A DNA stretch of 61,012 nucleotides from Candidatus Omnitrophota bacterium (lineage in GTDB: Bacteria > Omnitrophota > Omnitrophia > Omnitrophales > JACROU01). A program made the position numbers and the translations under genes. Position 1 is the stretch's first letter. Every line of letters begins with the position of its first letter. The stretch lies in NCBI GenBank assembly GCA_016214265.1, contig JACROU010000078.1, forward strand, positions 1 to 61,012, read 5' to 3'. The notes below the pieces were generated by a model, which saw only the letters and a program-made list of their open reading frames with translations, had not been told where the DNA came from and made no database searches. Of the stretch, positions 1 through 9,533 are shown one piece after another.

Positions 1-78
1 AATCCGAAGGATGCTATTCATTCCCTGATGAACCGCCAGCTCCGGCCGGAGTTTGTGGTGAGTCAAGGGCACCGTTAA
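1..78 (+). CDS. 3' end of upstream gene, possibly NAD(P)H-dependent glycerol-3-phosphate dehydrogenase (partial)
   Basis: Frame 1 reads NPKDAIHSLMNRQLRPEFVVSQGHR*, resembling the GpsA C-terminus; gpsA-hup adjacency is common. Only 25 codons visible. Confidence 0.35.
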   Translation, partial: NPKDAIHSLMNRQLRPEFVVSQGHR

Positions 79-99
79 ATAACGAAAGGGGGTGACATA

Positions 100-372
100 A
101 TGAATAAACAGGAATTAGCTCAGGAAATCGCGAAGAAGACTGAAATTTCCAAAGCCAAAGCCTTGGAGACGATCAACACGACGTTTGATGCCATTAAAGG
201 GGCACTCAAAAAAGGTCAGCGTGTCCAGCTCGTGGGTTTCGGAAGTTTTCTGGTCCGCAAAAGAAAAGCGCGTACTGGACGTAATCCGAAAACCGGCCAG
301 ACCATTCAAATTGCCGCGAAAAAAGTTCCCGCTTTCTCAGCAGGCGCCGAACTGAAAAACGCAGTGAAATAA
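100..372 (+). CDS. hup: DNA-binding protein HU
   Basis: 90 aa with MNKQEL, VQLVGFGSF, RKARTGRNPKTG and VPAFSAG signatures; RBS GGGGGTGA upstream. Confidence 0.97.
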   Translation: MNKQELAQEIAKKTEISKAKALETINTTFDAIKGALKKGQRVQLVGFGSFLVRKRKARTGRNPKTGQTIQIAAKKVPAFSAGAELKNAVK

Positions 373-388
373 TGGTGGGTTAGTAGAG

Positions 389-456
389 TTTCGGTCTCGA
401 GGCGACAGGGGACTTACTCCAAGGATGCGAGTAGGTTTTCCTGTCGGTCGACCGAA
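389..456 (+). other. long imperfect RNA hairpin downstream of hup
   Basis: TTCGGTC/GACCGAA, CGACAGGGGA/TTTCCTGTCG and CTTACTC/GAGTAGG pair around a 9-nt loop; G-U pairs favour the + strand. Confidence 0.55.
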
Positions 457-513
457 CCAAAATCTTCATGTATAATGCCAACCCTTCAGTCCCCAGTCAT
501 AAACCTTTTTCGT

Positions 514-590
514 CGGGCTGTAGCGCAGCTTGGTAGCGCACACGCTTGGGGTGCGTGTGGTCGTGGGTTCGAATCCCGCCAGCCCGACCA
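514..590 (+). tRNA. tRNA-Pro(GGG)
   Basis: Acceptor stem CGGGCTG/CAGCCCG, anticodon arm CACGC-TTGGGGT-GCGTG, GTTCGAATC T-loop, encoded CCA; TATAAT at 471-476 upstream. Confidence 0.97.
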
Positions 591-641
591 TTTTTTTCAT
601 TTCACTCACAATGACTTTGTAAATTTGGGATGGATAGAGCT

Positions 642-3600
642 CTACATCTGTCCGGTAAAAGGATCTGCACCGATAGTGCCGTTCAGGCGGTCCAGGTAGG
701 TGGGGGATTGCACCAGATTCAAATGTTCTTTCGCTTTTGTAAGTCGGGCGCGGAGGTTCAGTTCATTGACGGCGTCTTTGTGATTTTGGTCATTCACCAT
801 TTGCTCCAGATATTTGATGTGCCGAGACCATAACGCGATGTCCCGCAATTGTTTTGTGACAAGGCGTTCCCGGTACCAGGAATTATTTAAAAGATGCTCG
901 CGGGTAAACAGGGCCCGGATCGATGGATCAGTCAGCAATTTCCCCTCAAAATTTCCAAACGCCATGATGTGCAGTAGCGCCTTAAGCGGCGGTGAGGCCG
1001 CGCTTACGCTTCCATCCTCAAAATAATGCCGGGCCACCCGTTGTTGTGTTGTGACGATATTGTCAATGCCTTGAATAAATATGGCCATGTCCTGTTTTTC
1101 CGGCGCCAGCATTTCCTCGTGAAAAACGGCGTTGGGATTGTTGAAAATCCGGCCGAGGAATGTGTGCGCAAACCGCATCGTGATGCGGTAGCCGAGAAGA
1201 CTGGCGTGAACTTTTTTTCCCTGATAATCAAAATCGTTCAGCTTTTCAAGATAACCTTTAGCAATCAGGAATTTCGGGTCCCGCTCCGCGACGGTCATGC
1301 GGGCCCAAATCTCGGGAACTAGGAGACTGATATCATGATCAACCCGGTAATTTGGGCCGATGGACCCGGCGGCTGAAGAAAAGCCGTCAGAACCGGTTAG
1401 GATCCACGAGACCAGCGTGTTGTTCAAATCCACGATGGGCCAAAGCGCGTTGAACGGCCCCTTGGTCAGCGCTCCTTCCGAACCAAAGCCGGTAGTCGAG
1501 GGCGACTTTCCGGTCACACTCGAAATAAAATCCATAAACAACTCCGGCAATTCCTGATAATGAATAGGATTGTAAACAGCCAGTGCGGGAATATTATTTT
1601 TGGAATCGGGAGGATTGCCCCGTCTTCCCGTCAAAACGGCATTTACTGGAAAATGAACGGGCTGATCCGCCGGCACTTTCCGGATAAAGCGCGTGCCGGT
1701 TTCTGCCAAATATTTTTGGCGCGGATTCGCCAGATCGGGTCGCTGTTGAAGATAGCGCGGATTTTTCGAGGGTTTTCCCCCGACAAGGCGGGGGTGGGCG
1801 GATGAAACGATGTAAGCGGGTTTTCTCTCCGCGATAAAATCCCGGATTAAATTTTTTACAGGTTCAGTGTAAAGATCGAAACCGATGGCGTCTTGAATCA
1901 AATCCTGCGCTTGCCCGTAATTGAGCGGTTCAAAATTGGACAAAAAGGTGTTGGGGCTGGATAAATCTTGTTCCGCCTGCTTGTCATATCCGCGGTGAAT
2001 GGCTTCGTCAGGACGCTGGAAAAGAAATTGTTCACAGTTGGTGACCAGCTTCACATCCGGATTGGTGTAGTCGGGGTTCAGATCATTCACATGCTCTTGT
2101 GAAACGACGATCGAAGAGGTAATATCATCCTCCATCTGAATTTTTTCACAAGCGGCGAAATCCTGCCGCACGCGGTAAATGCGCCATGAACCGTCTTTTT
2201 CCTGACCCACGCGCAAATAATTAGCCACCAATTTTTGATCGCGGTATTTCAGCTCGTGACCCAACCGTCCGTTCACCACATCCACGCTAAAATATTGGCG
2301 CCAGTCATCACCCCACTCTTCCAGATAAAAACGTTTTACCAGAAATATAATTTCCAGAATGTGATGGGGAATAGCCCCAAGCCAGGCATTGAATTCATCG
2401 TTATATTCCGGTGACGGCGTAAATAATTTGATGACTGAACCGAGGGATCTGAGCGGACTCAAAATAGGCCGGCTCGGCCGGTTGCGTTCGACCGGATTTT
2501 TAAAACGATGTGCAAAATTACGTTTCAGAATTTCAGCAACCATGTCCATATCTTTGTGAAAGTCGCTGACAAAAATCGGCCCCTGAATCATGGAATTGAT
2601 AATCGATTTCGAAATTTCCGATTTGCCGCCGCCTGAAACCGTGCAGGGTTTGTGACAAAAAGTTCCTTCGGCTACGATGCCGATTAAATGCCACGTGTTC
2701 CCGCCCGTTTGCTTCTTCATGAAAATTTTGTAGCCATTGGGCAGAACATAAGTGTGAGAGATGAGGAGCTTGATTTTTTGCTCTTTTCCACTGAGAGTCC
2801 AGGTAATGGATTGTTTCGGCATGTCGAATTTCGCGTTTTCGGGCACGTAAATAATGTCGGGATGTTTTTTGTCGACGCCGTAGCCTTCCGGTTTGACATC
2901 CATTATGGAACCGTAAAGCCGGGCCAATTCTTTAAACGTGAGGCTCTCACGGAAAATGGGATCGTCAAGATGAAACTCTTCTCCCAAGTCAAAGCTCGGG
3001 AAAGCGATAGCGCCGCCCGCATGCTCTTCTTCCGCCAGGCCGAAAAGATTTGCTGAGTAACTGATTTGCGTTTTGACTTCTTTTTTGCAATAGCCGAAAT
3101 AATTATCCGCGATGATGGTGACAATCACACCATGCTGGTCGCGTCCGGTGATTTTGAACGGTTCGCCGTCATTGTAAAGATCCTCTTCACTGCGCCAGCA
3201 CATACCTTCGCGACGCTGTTTGTCGGTGGCGTTATCGTAATGCGGCAATCCCAATTCTTTTTTTGTGAGACAAACCAGATGGGGGGCCAGAATCACGCAG
3301 CCGGTATGTCCCGTCCAGTGTTCGGTATCCAGCGCGGCATCGTTTTCCGGCAAATAAGGCGAGCCGCCATTGCCAAAAATGGATTCCACAAAATCCAGAT
3401 TGCTTACCAGACTTCCGGGCGCAAAAAAACGAATCTCCATCGATTTTTCGGGAATGTAATTGCTGACCTCCGGGCAAACAACCGGTCTGAGGAGCAGGGA
3501 AACAAATAATTTGGCCTGATGCTCTTGAGCCGCGGTGAATGGCAGCTGCAACAGTTCTTCCGGCGGATTGAGGGCATGCGCCAGCATCCGGCCAAAAGCA

Positions 3601-4082
3601 ATTTTGGGAACGGATAGTTTATCCTCGGGAATTGGAAATCCGCCTTCGGCAATATGAAAAACGCCCTGCGTGGTTCGGCGGTCACTTTTGGGATTATGAA
3701 GCACGCCCTGTTTAACGCGGTACGAATTTACCGTGCTCGAGAAAAAATGATCCTGATTCGGCGGCAATGACATGATGCGCGCCAGTCCCTGGCGATCCAA
3801 AATAAACGTACTGGCGGGAATTCGGGGAGGCAGTTTTAGTTCGACACCTTTCAAATATTCATCGATAAAATCCTGAATGCGCCGGTCGACGGGGCAGAGG
3901 AAATTAGAAAGCAGGCGGACTCTTTCCAGGTGAATGACAAGCAATGGATGAGCGATTTCCAAAAAATCGTTGTCGCTTTTGTTTCCATAAATAGGCTCTC
4001 CCATGGCGGCCAGTTTTAAATTGATGTAGAGGATGACCTTGCCCTGATCATCCCAATGTGTTCCTTCGAGTTTGTAATTCAT
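642..4082 (-). CDS. pyrophosphate-dependent phosphoenolpyruvate carboxykinase (PPi-PEPCK)
   Basis: 1146 aa; motifs DRRTTQGVFH, NYFGYCKKEVKTQISYSANLFG, EEEHAGGA, CHKPCTVSGGGKSEISK and TGKSPSTTGFGSEGALTKGPFN match the Entamoeba/Propionibacterium-type enzyme. Confidence 0.85.
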   Translation of the reverse strand: MNYKLEGTHWDDQGKVILYINLKLAAMGEPIYGNKSDNDFLEIAHPLLVIHLERVRLLSNFLCPVDRRIQDFIDEYLKGVELKLPPRIPASTFILDRQGLARIMSLPPNQDHFFSSTVNSYRVKQGVLHNPKSDRRTTQGVFHIAEGGFPIPEDKLSVPKIAFGRMLAHALNPPEELLQLPFTAAQEHQAKLFVSLLLRPVVCPEVSNYIPEKSMEIRFFAPGSLVSNLDFVESIFGNGGSPYLPENDAALDTEHWTGHTGCVILAPHLVCLTKKELGLPHYDNATDKQRREGMCWRSEEDLYNDGEPFKITGRDQHGVIVTIIADNYFGYCKKEVKTQISYSANLFGLAEEEHAGGAIAFPSFDLGEEFHLDDPIFRESLTFKELARLYGSIMDVKPEGYGVDKKHPDIIYVPENAKFDMPKQSITWTLSGKEQKIKLLISHTYVLPNGYKIFMKKQTGGNTWHLIGIVAEGTFCHKPCTVSGGGKSEISKSIINSMIQGPIFVSDFHKDMDMVAEILKRNFAHRFKNPVERNRPSRPILSPLRSLGSVIKLFTPSPEYNDEFNAWLGAIPHHILEIIFLVKRFYLEEWGDDWRQYFSVDVVNGRLGHELKYRDQKLVANYLRVGQEKDGSWRIYRVRQDFAACEKIQMEDDITSSIVVSQEHVNDLNPDYTNPDVKLVTNCEQFLFQRPDEAIHRGYDKQAEQDLSSPNTFLSNFEPLNYGQAQDLIQDAIGFDLYTEPVKNLIRDFIAERKPAYIVSSAHPRLVGGKPSKNPRYLQQRPDLANPRQKYLAETGTRFIRKVPADQPVHFPVNAVLTGRRGNPPDSKNNIPALAVYNPIHYQELPELFMDFISSVTGKSPSTTGFGSEGALTKGPFNALWPIVDLNNTLVSWILTGSDGFSSAAGSIGPNYRVDHDISLLVPEIWARMTVAERDPKFLIAKGYLEKLNDFDYQGKKVHASLLGYRITMRFAHTFLGRIFNNPNAVFHEEMLAPEKQDMAIFIQGIDNIVTTQQRVARHYFEDGSVSAASPPLKALLHIMAFGNFEGKLLTDPSIRALFTREHLLNNSWYRERLVTKQLRDIALWSRHIKYLEQMVNDQNHKDAVNELNLRARLTKAKEHLNLVQSPTYLDRLNGTIGADPFTGQM

Positions 4083-4176
4083 AGCTTGAACCCCTGAAAG
4101 GATTAGAGTTACAATCTGAATAATAAATATATCATATTCTCTGCTTCGGTAGGGGGATAGCTAAAGAGGGGGATTT

Positions 4177-4635
4177 GTGGATATTTCAAAAGCGATTCAG
4201 GAAATTCAGTATGTTCTAGCACCGGCCATCATGGTCTCAAGCGCGGCACTGCTGATGCTTGGGTTTCAGAATAAATTTTCGAATTTGGCCAGCCGTTTTC
4301 GGCTGTTGAATCAGGAAAAGCGGCAGCTAAGCCACAAACCCAACCGGACAGAGCAGGAGCAGGTCCGCCTGGGTAATTTGGAAGACCAAGTCGGCCATTT
4401 ATTCCGCCGGGCCGCCAAAGTTAAGAACGCAATTCTGCTCACCTACGGCGCCATCGCCTGTTTTATGGGCGCTTCTATCCTGATTTCGCTTAACATTCAT
4501 TCTGCCTGGCAGCTCTACTACGCCATTGTCACAGCCTTTTTGACGGGACTTTTCTTTATCTTTACCGCGTCGATTATCATGATTTCAGAGACCCGTCTTT
4601 TCTTTCACGTCATTCATCTCGAAAAAAAATCATAA
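4177..4635 (+). CDS. DUF2721-like membrane protein
   Basis: 152 aa; N-terminal APAIMVSSAALL helix, coiled region, two C-terminal TM helices. Confidence 0.65.
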   Translation: MDISKAIQEIQYVLAPAIMVSSAALLMLGFQNKFSNLASRFRLLNQEKRQLSHKPNRTEQEQVRLGNLEDQVGHLFRRAAKVKNAILLTYGAIACFMGASILISLNIHSAWQLYYAIVTAFLTGLFFIFTASIIMISETRLFFHVIHLEKKS

Positions 4636-4735
4636 AAAACAAAGGACAGCCGCTGCGAATGCCGCTTCCTTCTCGCCGCCGCTTTTTTGCTATTCTATTC
4701 ATGACTGGGTAGACTTTTAGGAGGAGGGGAAAATT

Positions 4736-6913
4736 ATGGATAATGATGTCCCTTCACCGATGAACTTAAAAGAGCTTTCTTCCAGGATTTCTGATGAAGT
4801 CAGAAGCAAAAGCGTGGAAGAGGGAAATCGGTACTCTGAAGATCACCTAAGAAAGCTCTGGCTTGCCATCGAGGTCAGTCCTAGCATCGTAATGATTACC
4901 GATAAAAACGGTAATATCGAATATACCAATCCCAAATTTGTCAATCTTACCGGCTACAGCTCCGAAGAAGTTCTAGGAAAAAATCCCCGATTCTTAAAAT
5001 CAGGAAAGACGTCCCCTGATGAGTACAAAAAATTATGGGACACCATCTTGTCTCGATCAGCGTGGGAAGGGGAGTTCTGCAACAGAAAAAAGAACGGAGA
5101 ACTATATTGGGAAAGAGCCTCTATTTCGCCCGTCAAAAATTCCGCAGGCGTTACCATTAATTTCGTGAAAGTGGCGGAAGATATTACGGAACTCAAAAAA
5201 GTGAATGAGGAGCTTAATGTACACGCCATTCAGCAAAGAGCCATTACGGAATTGGGGCAGCTGGTGCTTGAGGAAAATGATATGGATCTGCTGATTCAGG
5301 CGGTGTGCTCCCGTATCGTCAAGACGCTTGGAGTCGAGTTTTCTGCCATGTTCAAACTTCTTCCCGACGGCAGACGGTTAATGCTTGCAGAAGGATTGGG
5401 TTGGAAGAAAGGATGCGTTGGGTCCCTCATTGTGGATTGTGAGTGCTTTCAAGGGGGCGGTATTTTTCTGGGCGGTGGGGTGATATTCACGGAGGATTTT
5501 CGAAATGAAAAAAGGTTCAAGGTCCCTTCGGCTCTCCTGGATCATCATGTGGTAAGTGGAATGAGCGTGATTATTCGAACAAGAGGAAAACCGTTTGGCG
5601 TGTTGGGTGCGTACACAACCGAAAACCGGATTTTTGGCAAGGATGACAGTAATTTTCTTGAGGCCATTGCGAATATGCTCGCGGGTGCTTTGGAACGAAA
5701 AAAGACGGAGGAGATCTTGTCCGAAAAAGAAGAACAATTTCGTCAGGCTCAGAAAATGGAAGCTGTCGGACGGCTGGCGGGAGGTATTGCCCACGATTTC
5801 AACAATCTGTTGACCGCTATTTTGGGCTACAGTGATCTTGTTCTTTTAAATTTTTCGAAAGATCATCCCCAACGTAAAGATATTGAAGAAATCAAAATCG
5901 CCGCCGAACGCGCCGCGCTATTGACGAATCAGCTTTTGGTATTTAGCCGTAAGCAAGTGCTGGAACTGCGCGTTATTGATTTAAATACCGTTGTGACCGA
6001 TATGAACAAAATGCTCCACCGTCTTATCGGGGAAGATATTGATTTGGCGATTATTCAAGAACCAAACCTTTGGCATATCAGAGCAGACTCGGCCCAGCTT
6101 GGGCAGGTAATTGTGAATTTATTGGTGAACGCGCGGGATGCCATGCCGAACGGAGGCAAGCTCGTGATCAAGACGGAAAATATTCATATTGATGAAGCTT
6201 ACTGCCGTCAGCAGCATCGCGAACTTTTTCCCGGAAACTACGTCACAATGATTGTCGAAGATTCGGGCTGCGGCATGGATAAAGAGACGCAATCTCATAT
6301 TTTCGAGCCGTTTTTTACGACGAAGGAAAAAGGGAAGGGAACGGGGCTTGGCTTATCGACGGTTTATGGCATTGTCAAGCAAAGCGGCGGTTATATTTCA
6401 GTTTATAGCGAAGCCGGGAAGGGCACTTCATTCAAAATGTATTTTCCCCGTTTTTATCAGGATGTTCAAGAAACCCCTAAATCTGCCGTAGTATCGTCCG
6501 GTGCGCCAGCGGGTAGTGAAACGATTTTTCTTGTCGAAGATGAAAACCTGCTGCGTAAATTGATTCGGGAAATTCTGGAACGAAATGGATATACGGTTCT
6601 TATGGCGGCCGATGCTATTGAAGCAATCCGGGTTGCTGAAAGGTACGAAGGACATATCCACCTGCTCTTGTCGGATCTCGTGATACCTAAAATGAATGGA
6701 AAAGAATTGAAAGAGCATATCCTCAAATTACACCCGGAAATAAAGACTCTTTTTATTTCAGGTTATACAGATGTTGCCGCGACGTATCAGGGATTGATGG
6801 ATTCATCAGAAGCTTTTGTCCAAAAGCCTTTTACGGCCGATGCCCTGAACAAAAAAATCCGTGAAGTTTTAGATGCGCCTTCGAAAAAACACGAAATGAA
6901 ATCAGCCGCGTAA
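4736..6913 (+). CDS. hybrid sensor histidine kinase (PAS-GAF-HisKA-HATPase-REC, CckA-like)
   Basis: PAS (NPKFVNLTGYS), GAF, H-box AGGIAHDFNNLL, N-box NARDAM, G-box GTGLGLS, receiver LVEDE...DLVIP...KPF. Confidence 0.93.
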   Translation: MDNDVPSPMNLKELSSRISDEVRSKSVEEGNRYSEDHLRKLWLAIEVSPSIVMITDKNGNIEYTNPKFVNLTGYSSEEVLGKNPRFLKSGKTSPDEYKKLWDTILSRSAWEGEFCNRKKNGELYWERASISPVKNSAGVTINFVKVAEDITELKKVNEELNVHAIQQRAITELGQLVLEENDMDLLIQAVCSRIVKTLGVEFSAMFKLLPDGRRLMLAEGLGWKKGCVGSLIVDCECFQGGGIFLGGGVIFTEDFRNEKRFKVPSALLDHHVVSGMSVIIRTRGKPFGVLGAYTTENRIFGKDDSNFLEAIANMLAGALERKKTEEILSEKEEQFRQAQKMEAVGRLAGGIAHDFNNLLTAILGYSDLVLLNFSKDHPQRKDIEEIKIAAERAALLTNQLLVFSRKQVLELRVIDLNTVVTDMNKMLHRLIGEDIDLAIIQEPNLWHIRADSAQLGQVIVNLLVNARDAMPNGGKLVIKTENIHIDEAYCRQQHRELFPGNYVTMIVEDSGCGMDKETQSHIFEPFFTTKEKGKGTGLGLSTVYGIVKQSGGYISVYSEAGKGTSFKMYFPRFYQDVQETPKSAVVSSGAPAGSETIFLVEDENLLRKLIREILERNGYTVLMAADAIEAIRVAERYEGHIHLLLSDLVIPKMNGKELKEHILKLHPEIKTLFISGYTDVAATYQGLMDSSEAFVQKPFTADALNKKIREVLDAPSKKHEMKSAA

Positions 6914-6929
6914 ATTCAAAGGAGGTGTT

Positions 6930-7160
6930 ATGAAAAAGTATTTTATTCTCGCAGTGATTCTAATTACCGCAATGTCATCCCCGCTTCTGGCTCAGAAAGC
7001 AGATGATACTCGGGACGGGCTTGTTAATCCGGATGCGGATCAAACAACGCTCAAATCCAGAGTGTCCGAACTCGAATCCACTAACCGCGATCTTACAAAC
7101 AAAGTTGACGATTTAGAAGACCGCGTAACCGACATTGAAGACCGCCTCAGCCGCTCATAA
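6930..7160 (+). CDS. small secreted coiled-coil protein
   Basis: 76 aa, RBS GGAGGT, signal peptide, heptad-patterned C-terminus. Confidence 0.7.
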   Translation: MKKYFILAVILITAMSSPLLAQKADDTRDGLVNPDADQTTLKSRVSELESTNRDLTNKVDDLEDRVTDIEDRLSRS

Positions 7161-7166
7161 TTAACC

Positions 7167-7201
7167 GGGAAGGTAGCGGGGCTGCTACCTTCCCTTTTTT
7201 C
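7167..7201 (+). terminator. rho-independent terminator
   Basis: GGGAAGGTAGC-loop-GCTACCTTCCC followed by a T-tract. Confidence 0.85.
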
Positions 7202-7285
7202 TACCCCCTCATTTTGCTATTTACCCCTTTACTAGCTAGACTTTACGTAGGTATCACAATAGATGCTTAATTCAGGGGGCATAGT

Positions 7286-9529
7286 ATGTCTCTTATTCAG
7301 AAAACGCTGCTAATTGTCGGATCGGTTCTGATCTCTATACTTGTTATTTTCTACTTTCTGGTTTCGGCCGTTGTGTCTAATAATTTTTCGGAATTGGAAA
7401 AAGAAGCAGTGCGTGAAAATGTCCAGCGTGTTCTGGACGCTTTTGCTGATGATATCGGCAAGTTAAATTTTACCGCAAAAGACTGGTCGAAGTGGGATGG
7501 TACGTATGCTTACGTCAAGGATCACAACGAAAGTTATTTTACAGCCAATCTCAATGAAAACAGTATCGCCATAATCAAGCTGAATATCATCGAGTATGTG
7601 GACAGTTCGGGCCGGGTGGTGTTTGGTACGGAAATGGATTTGGAGACGAAGAAAAAAATCCCGGTTCCGGAAAGTTTTGCGCAGTTCCTTTCTTTGCATC
7701 CAGAACTCACAAAACATACCGATGTTAACAGCGCTATTGCCGGAGTTGCCGTTCTTCCGGAAGGCCCGCTTTTAATTGCTTCCCGGCCGATTCTCACAAG
7801 CCAAAGTGAAGGGCCTATTCGCGGAACATTGATATTTGGAAGGTATTACGATCAACATCTTTTGAAAGTGCTGTCTGAGCGCACCCGATTCAAAATTGAA
7901 ATGCGGATATACCGTGACCCCAAACTGCCAAATGCATTTCAGAAAGCGCGCACGCTTTTGTCTAATGAAAACCCCACTGTGATTGAAATTCTTGAGCCGA
8001 ATTTGATAGCGGGATATACCGTGATTAAAGATATTTTTGGTGCCCCCGCGCTATTAATGCGCGTTGATCAAGACAGGGATATTTACCATCAGGGGCAGAT
8101 GAGTTTGCGGTATCTTCTTTTTTGCTTTCTTGCCATTGGGGTTATATTTTTGGGTGTGATTTTTGTTCTGATTAACCGGTTGATTCTTGTGCGACTTTCA
8201 CAGTTTGAGGCCGCTCTTCGAAAGATACGGGGAAATCATGATCTTTCCGCGCGTATTTCTGCTGATGGGCAGGATGAGCTGGCAAGACTGGGGCAAACAA
8301 TTAACAGCATGCTGGGAGAAATAGAAAAATCCCGTGCCGATCGAATTAAAGTTGATGAACAATTGCAGCAAACGCAAAAGATCGACGCGGTAGGTGCTCT
8401 TGCGGGCGGTGTTGCGCATGATTTTAACAATTTGTTGACGGCCATTATCTGCCACAGCGATTTTTTGCTGAAAAATCTTCCCGGTGACAGTCCCTTGAGA
8501 AAAGAAGCCTCAGGAATCTATAAAGCGGGTGAAAAAGCGGCGACTTTAACTCAGCAGTTGATGGCCCTCGGCCGCAAACAGGTGCTTGAGACGGAAGTGC
8601 TTAATTTGAATTCTCTTATTTCTAATACAGAAAGTATTTTGCGGCAGATAGCGGGAAAAAATATTGAATTGGTGATTATTCTTGAAAAAGATCTTGCGCC
8701 GGTGAAAACCGATTTGTTACAGATTGAGCAGGTAATCATCAACCTTGTAACTAATGCACGTGATGCCATGCCTGCCGGAGGCCGGTTGATTATTGAAACG
8801 GCGAATGTGGCATTGGATGAGGCTTATGTGCTGCAAAATGTCAGCTTGCCTGTCGGTCAATACGTGATGCTTGCTGTCAGTGATACGGGAAGTGGAATCA
8901 GCAAGGAAAATTTAACTCATCTGTTCGAGCCGTTTTTTACGACCAAAGGCGGCGATAAAGGAAAAGGGCTTGGTCTTTCGGCTGCTTACGGAATTGTGAA
9001 ACAAAGTGGCGGCGATATTCATGTTTACAGCGAGCCGGATGTGGGGTCCACGTTCAAGATTTATCTGCCCAGGGCGGGGGAGCAAATGGAGATCGAAAAG
9101 CCGGTTCATGTCCCATCACAGCCGGCGCGCAGCCACGAAACCATTTTACTGGTTGAAGATGAAGCCGTTGTCCGCAGACTAGCATACGAAATTCTGAAGC
9201 GCGAAGGCTATACGGTGCTTGAAGCTTCCTGCGGAGAAGAAGCGCTTCAGATTTCTGAAAAGCATAAAGATCCCATTCATCTTCTTCTTACGGATGTTGT
9301 CATGCCCAAAATGAGCGGCCCTGAATTATCTGAGAAGCTGGGACTTTTGCGTCCGGAAATGAAAGTGGTTCTTATGTCGGGGTATACGGACAAAAATATT
9401 GTTTCGGACGATCCGAAGAAACGAAAAATAAATTTTGTTCAAAAGCCGTTTACGCCGGTGATTATAACCCGCAAACTTCGGGAAGTGTTGGATTTAGCGC
9501 GGAATGGAATGGGAGAAATGATCGGATAA
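7286..9529 (+). CDS. hybrid sensor histidine kinase (CHASE4-HAMP-HisKA-HATPase-REC)
   Basis: Two TM helices around a DWSKWDGTY CHASE4-like region, HAMP (DELARLGQTINSM), H-box VAHDFNNLL, receiver DVVMP. Confidence 0.92.
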   Translation: MSLIQKTLLIVGSVLISILVIFYFLVSAVVSNNFSELEKEAVRENVQRVLDAFADDIGKLNFTAKDWSKWDGTYAYVKDHNESYFTANLNENSIAIIKLNIIEYVDSSGRVVFGTEMDLETKKKIPVPESFAQFLSLHPELTKHTDVNSAIAGVAVLPEGPLLIASRPILTSQSEGPIRGTLIFGRYYDQHLLKVLSERTRFKIEMRIYRDPKLPNAFQKARTLLSNENPTVIEILEPNLIAGYTVIKDIFGAPALLMRVDQDRDIYHQGQMSLRYLLFCFLAIGVIFLGVIFVLINRLILVRLSQFEAALRKIRGNHDLSARISADGQDELARLGQTINSMLGEIEKSRADRIKVDEQLQQTQKIDAVGALAGGVAHDFNNLLTAIICHSDFLLKNLPGDSPLRKEASGIYKAGEKAATLTQQLMALGRKQVLETEVLNLNSLISNTESILRQIAGKNIELVIILEKDLAPVKTDLLQIEQVIINLVTNARDAMPAGGRLIIETANVALDEAYVLQNVSLPVGQYVMLAVSDTGSGISKENLTHLFEPFFTTKGGDKGKGLGLSAAYGIVKQSGGDIHVYSEPDVGSTFKIYLPRAGEQMEIEKPVHVPSQPARSHETILLVEDEAVVRRLAYEILKREGYTVLEASCGEEALQISEKHKDPIHLLLTDVVMPKMSGPELSEKLGLLRPEMKVVLMSGYTDKNIVSDDPKKRKINFVQKPFTPVIITRKLREVLDLARNGMGEMIG

Positions 9530-9533
9530 TTTT

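Noticed and set aside
389-456. SRP (4.5S) RNA
   Set aside because: Lacks the conserved CAGG...GNRA...AGCAG domain IV motif on either strand.
475-699. 74-aa ORF
   Set aside because: It overlaps tRNA-Pro.
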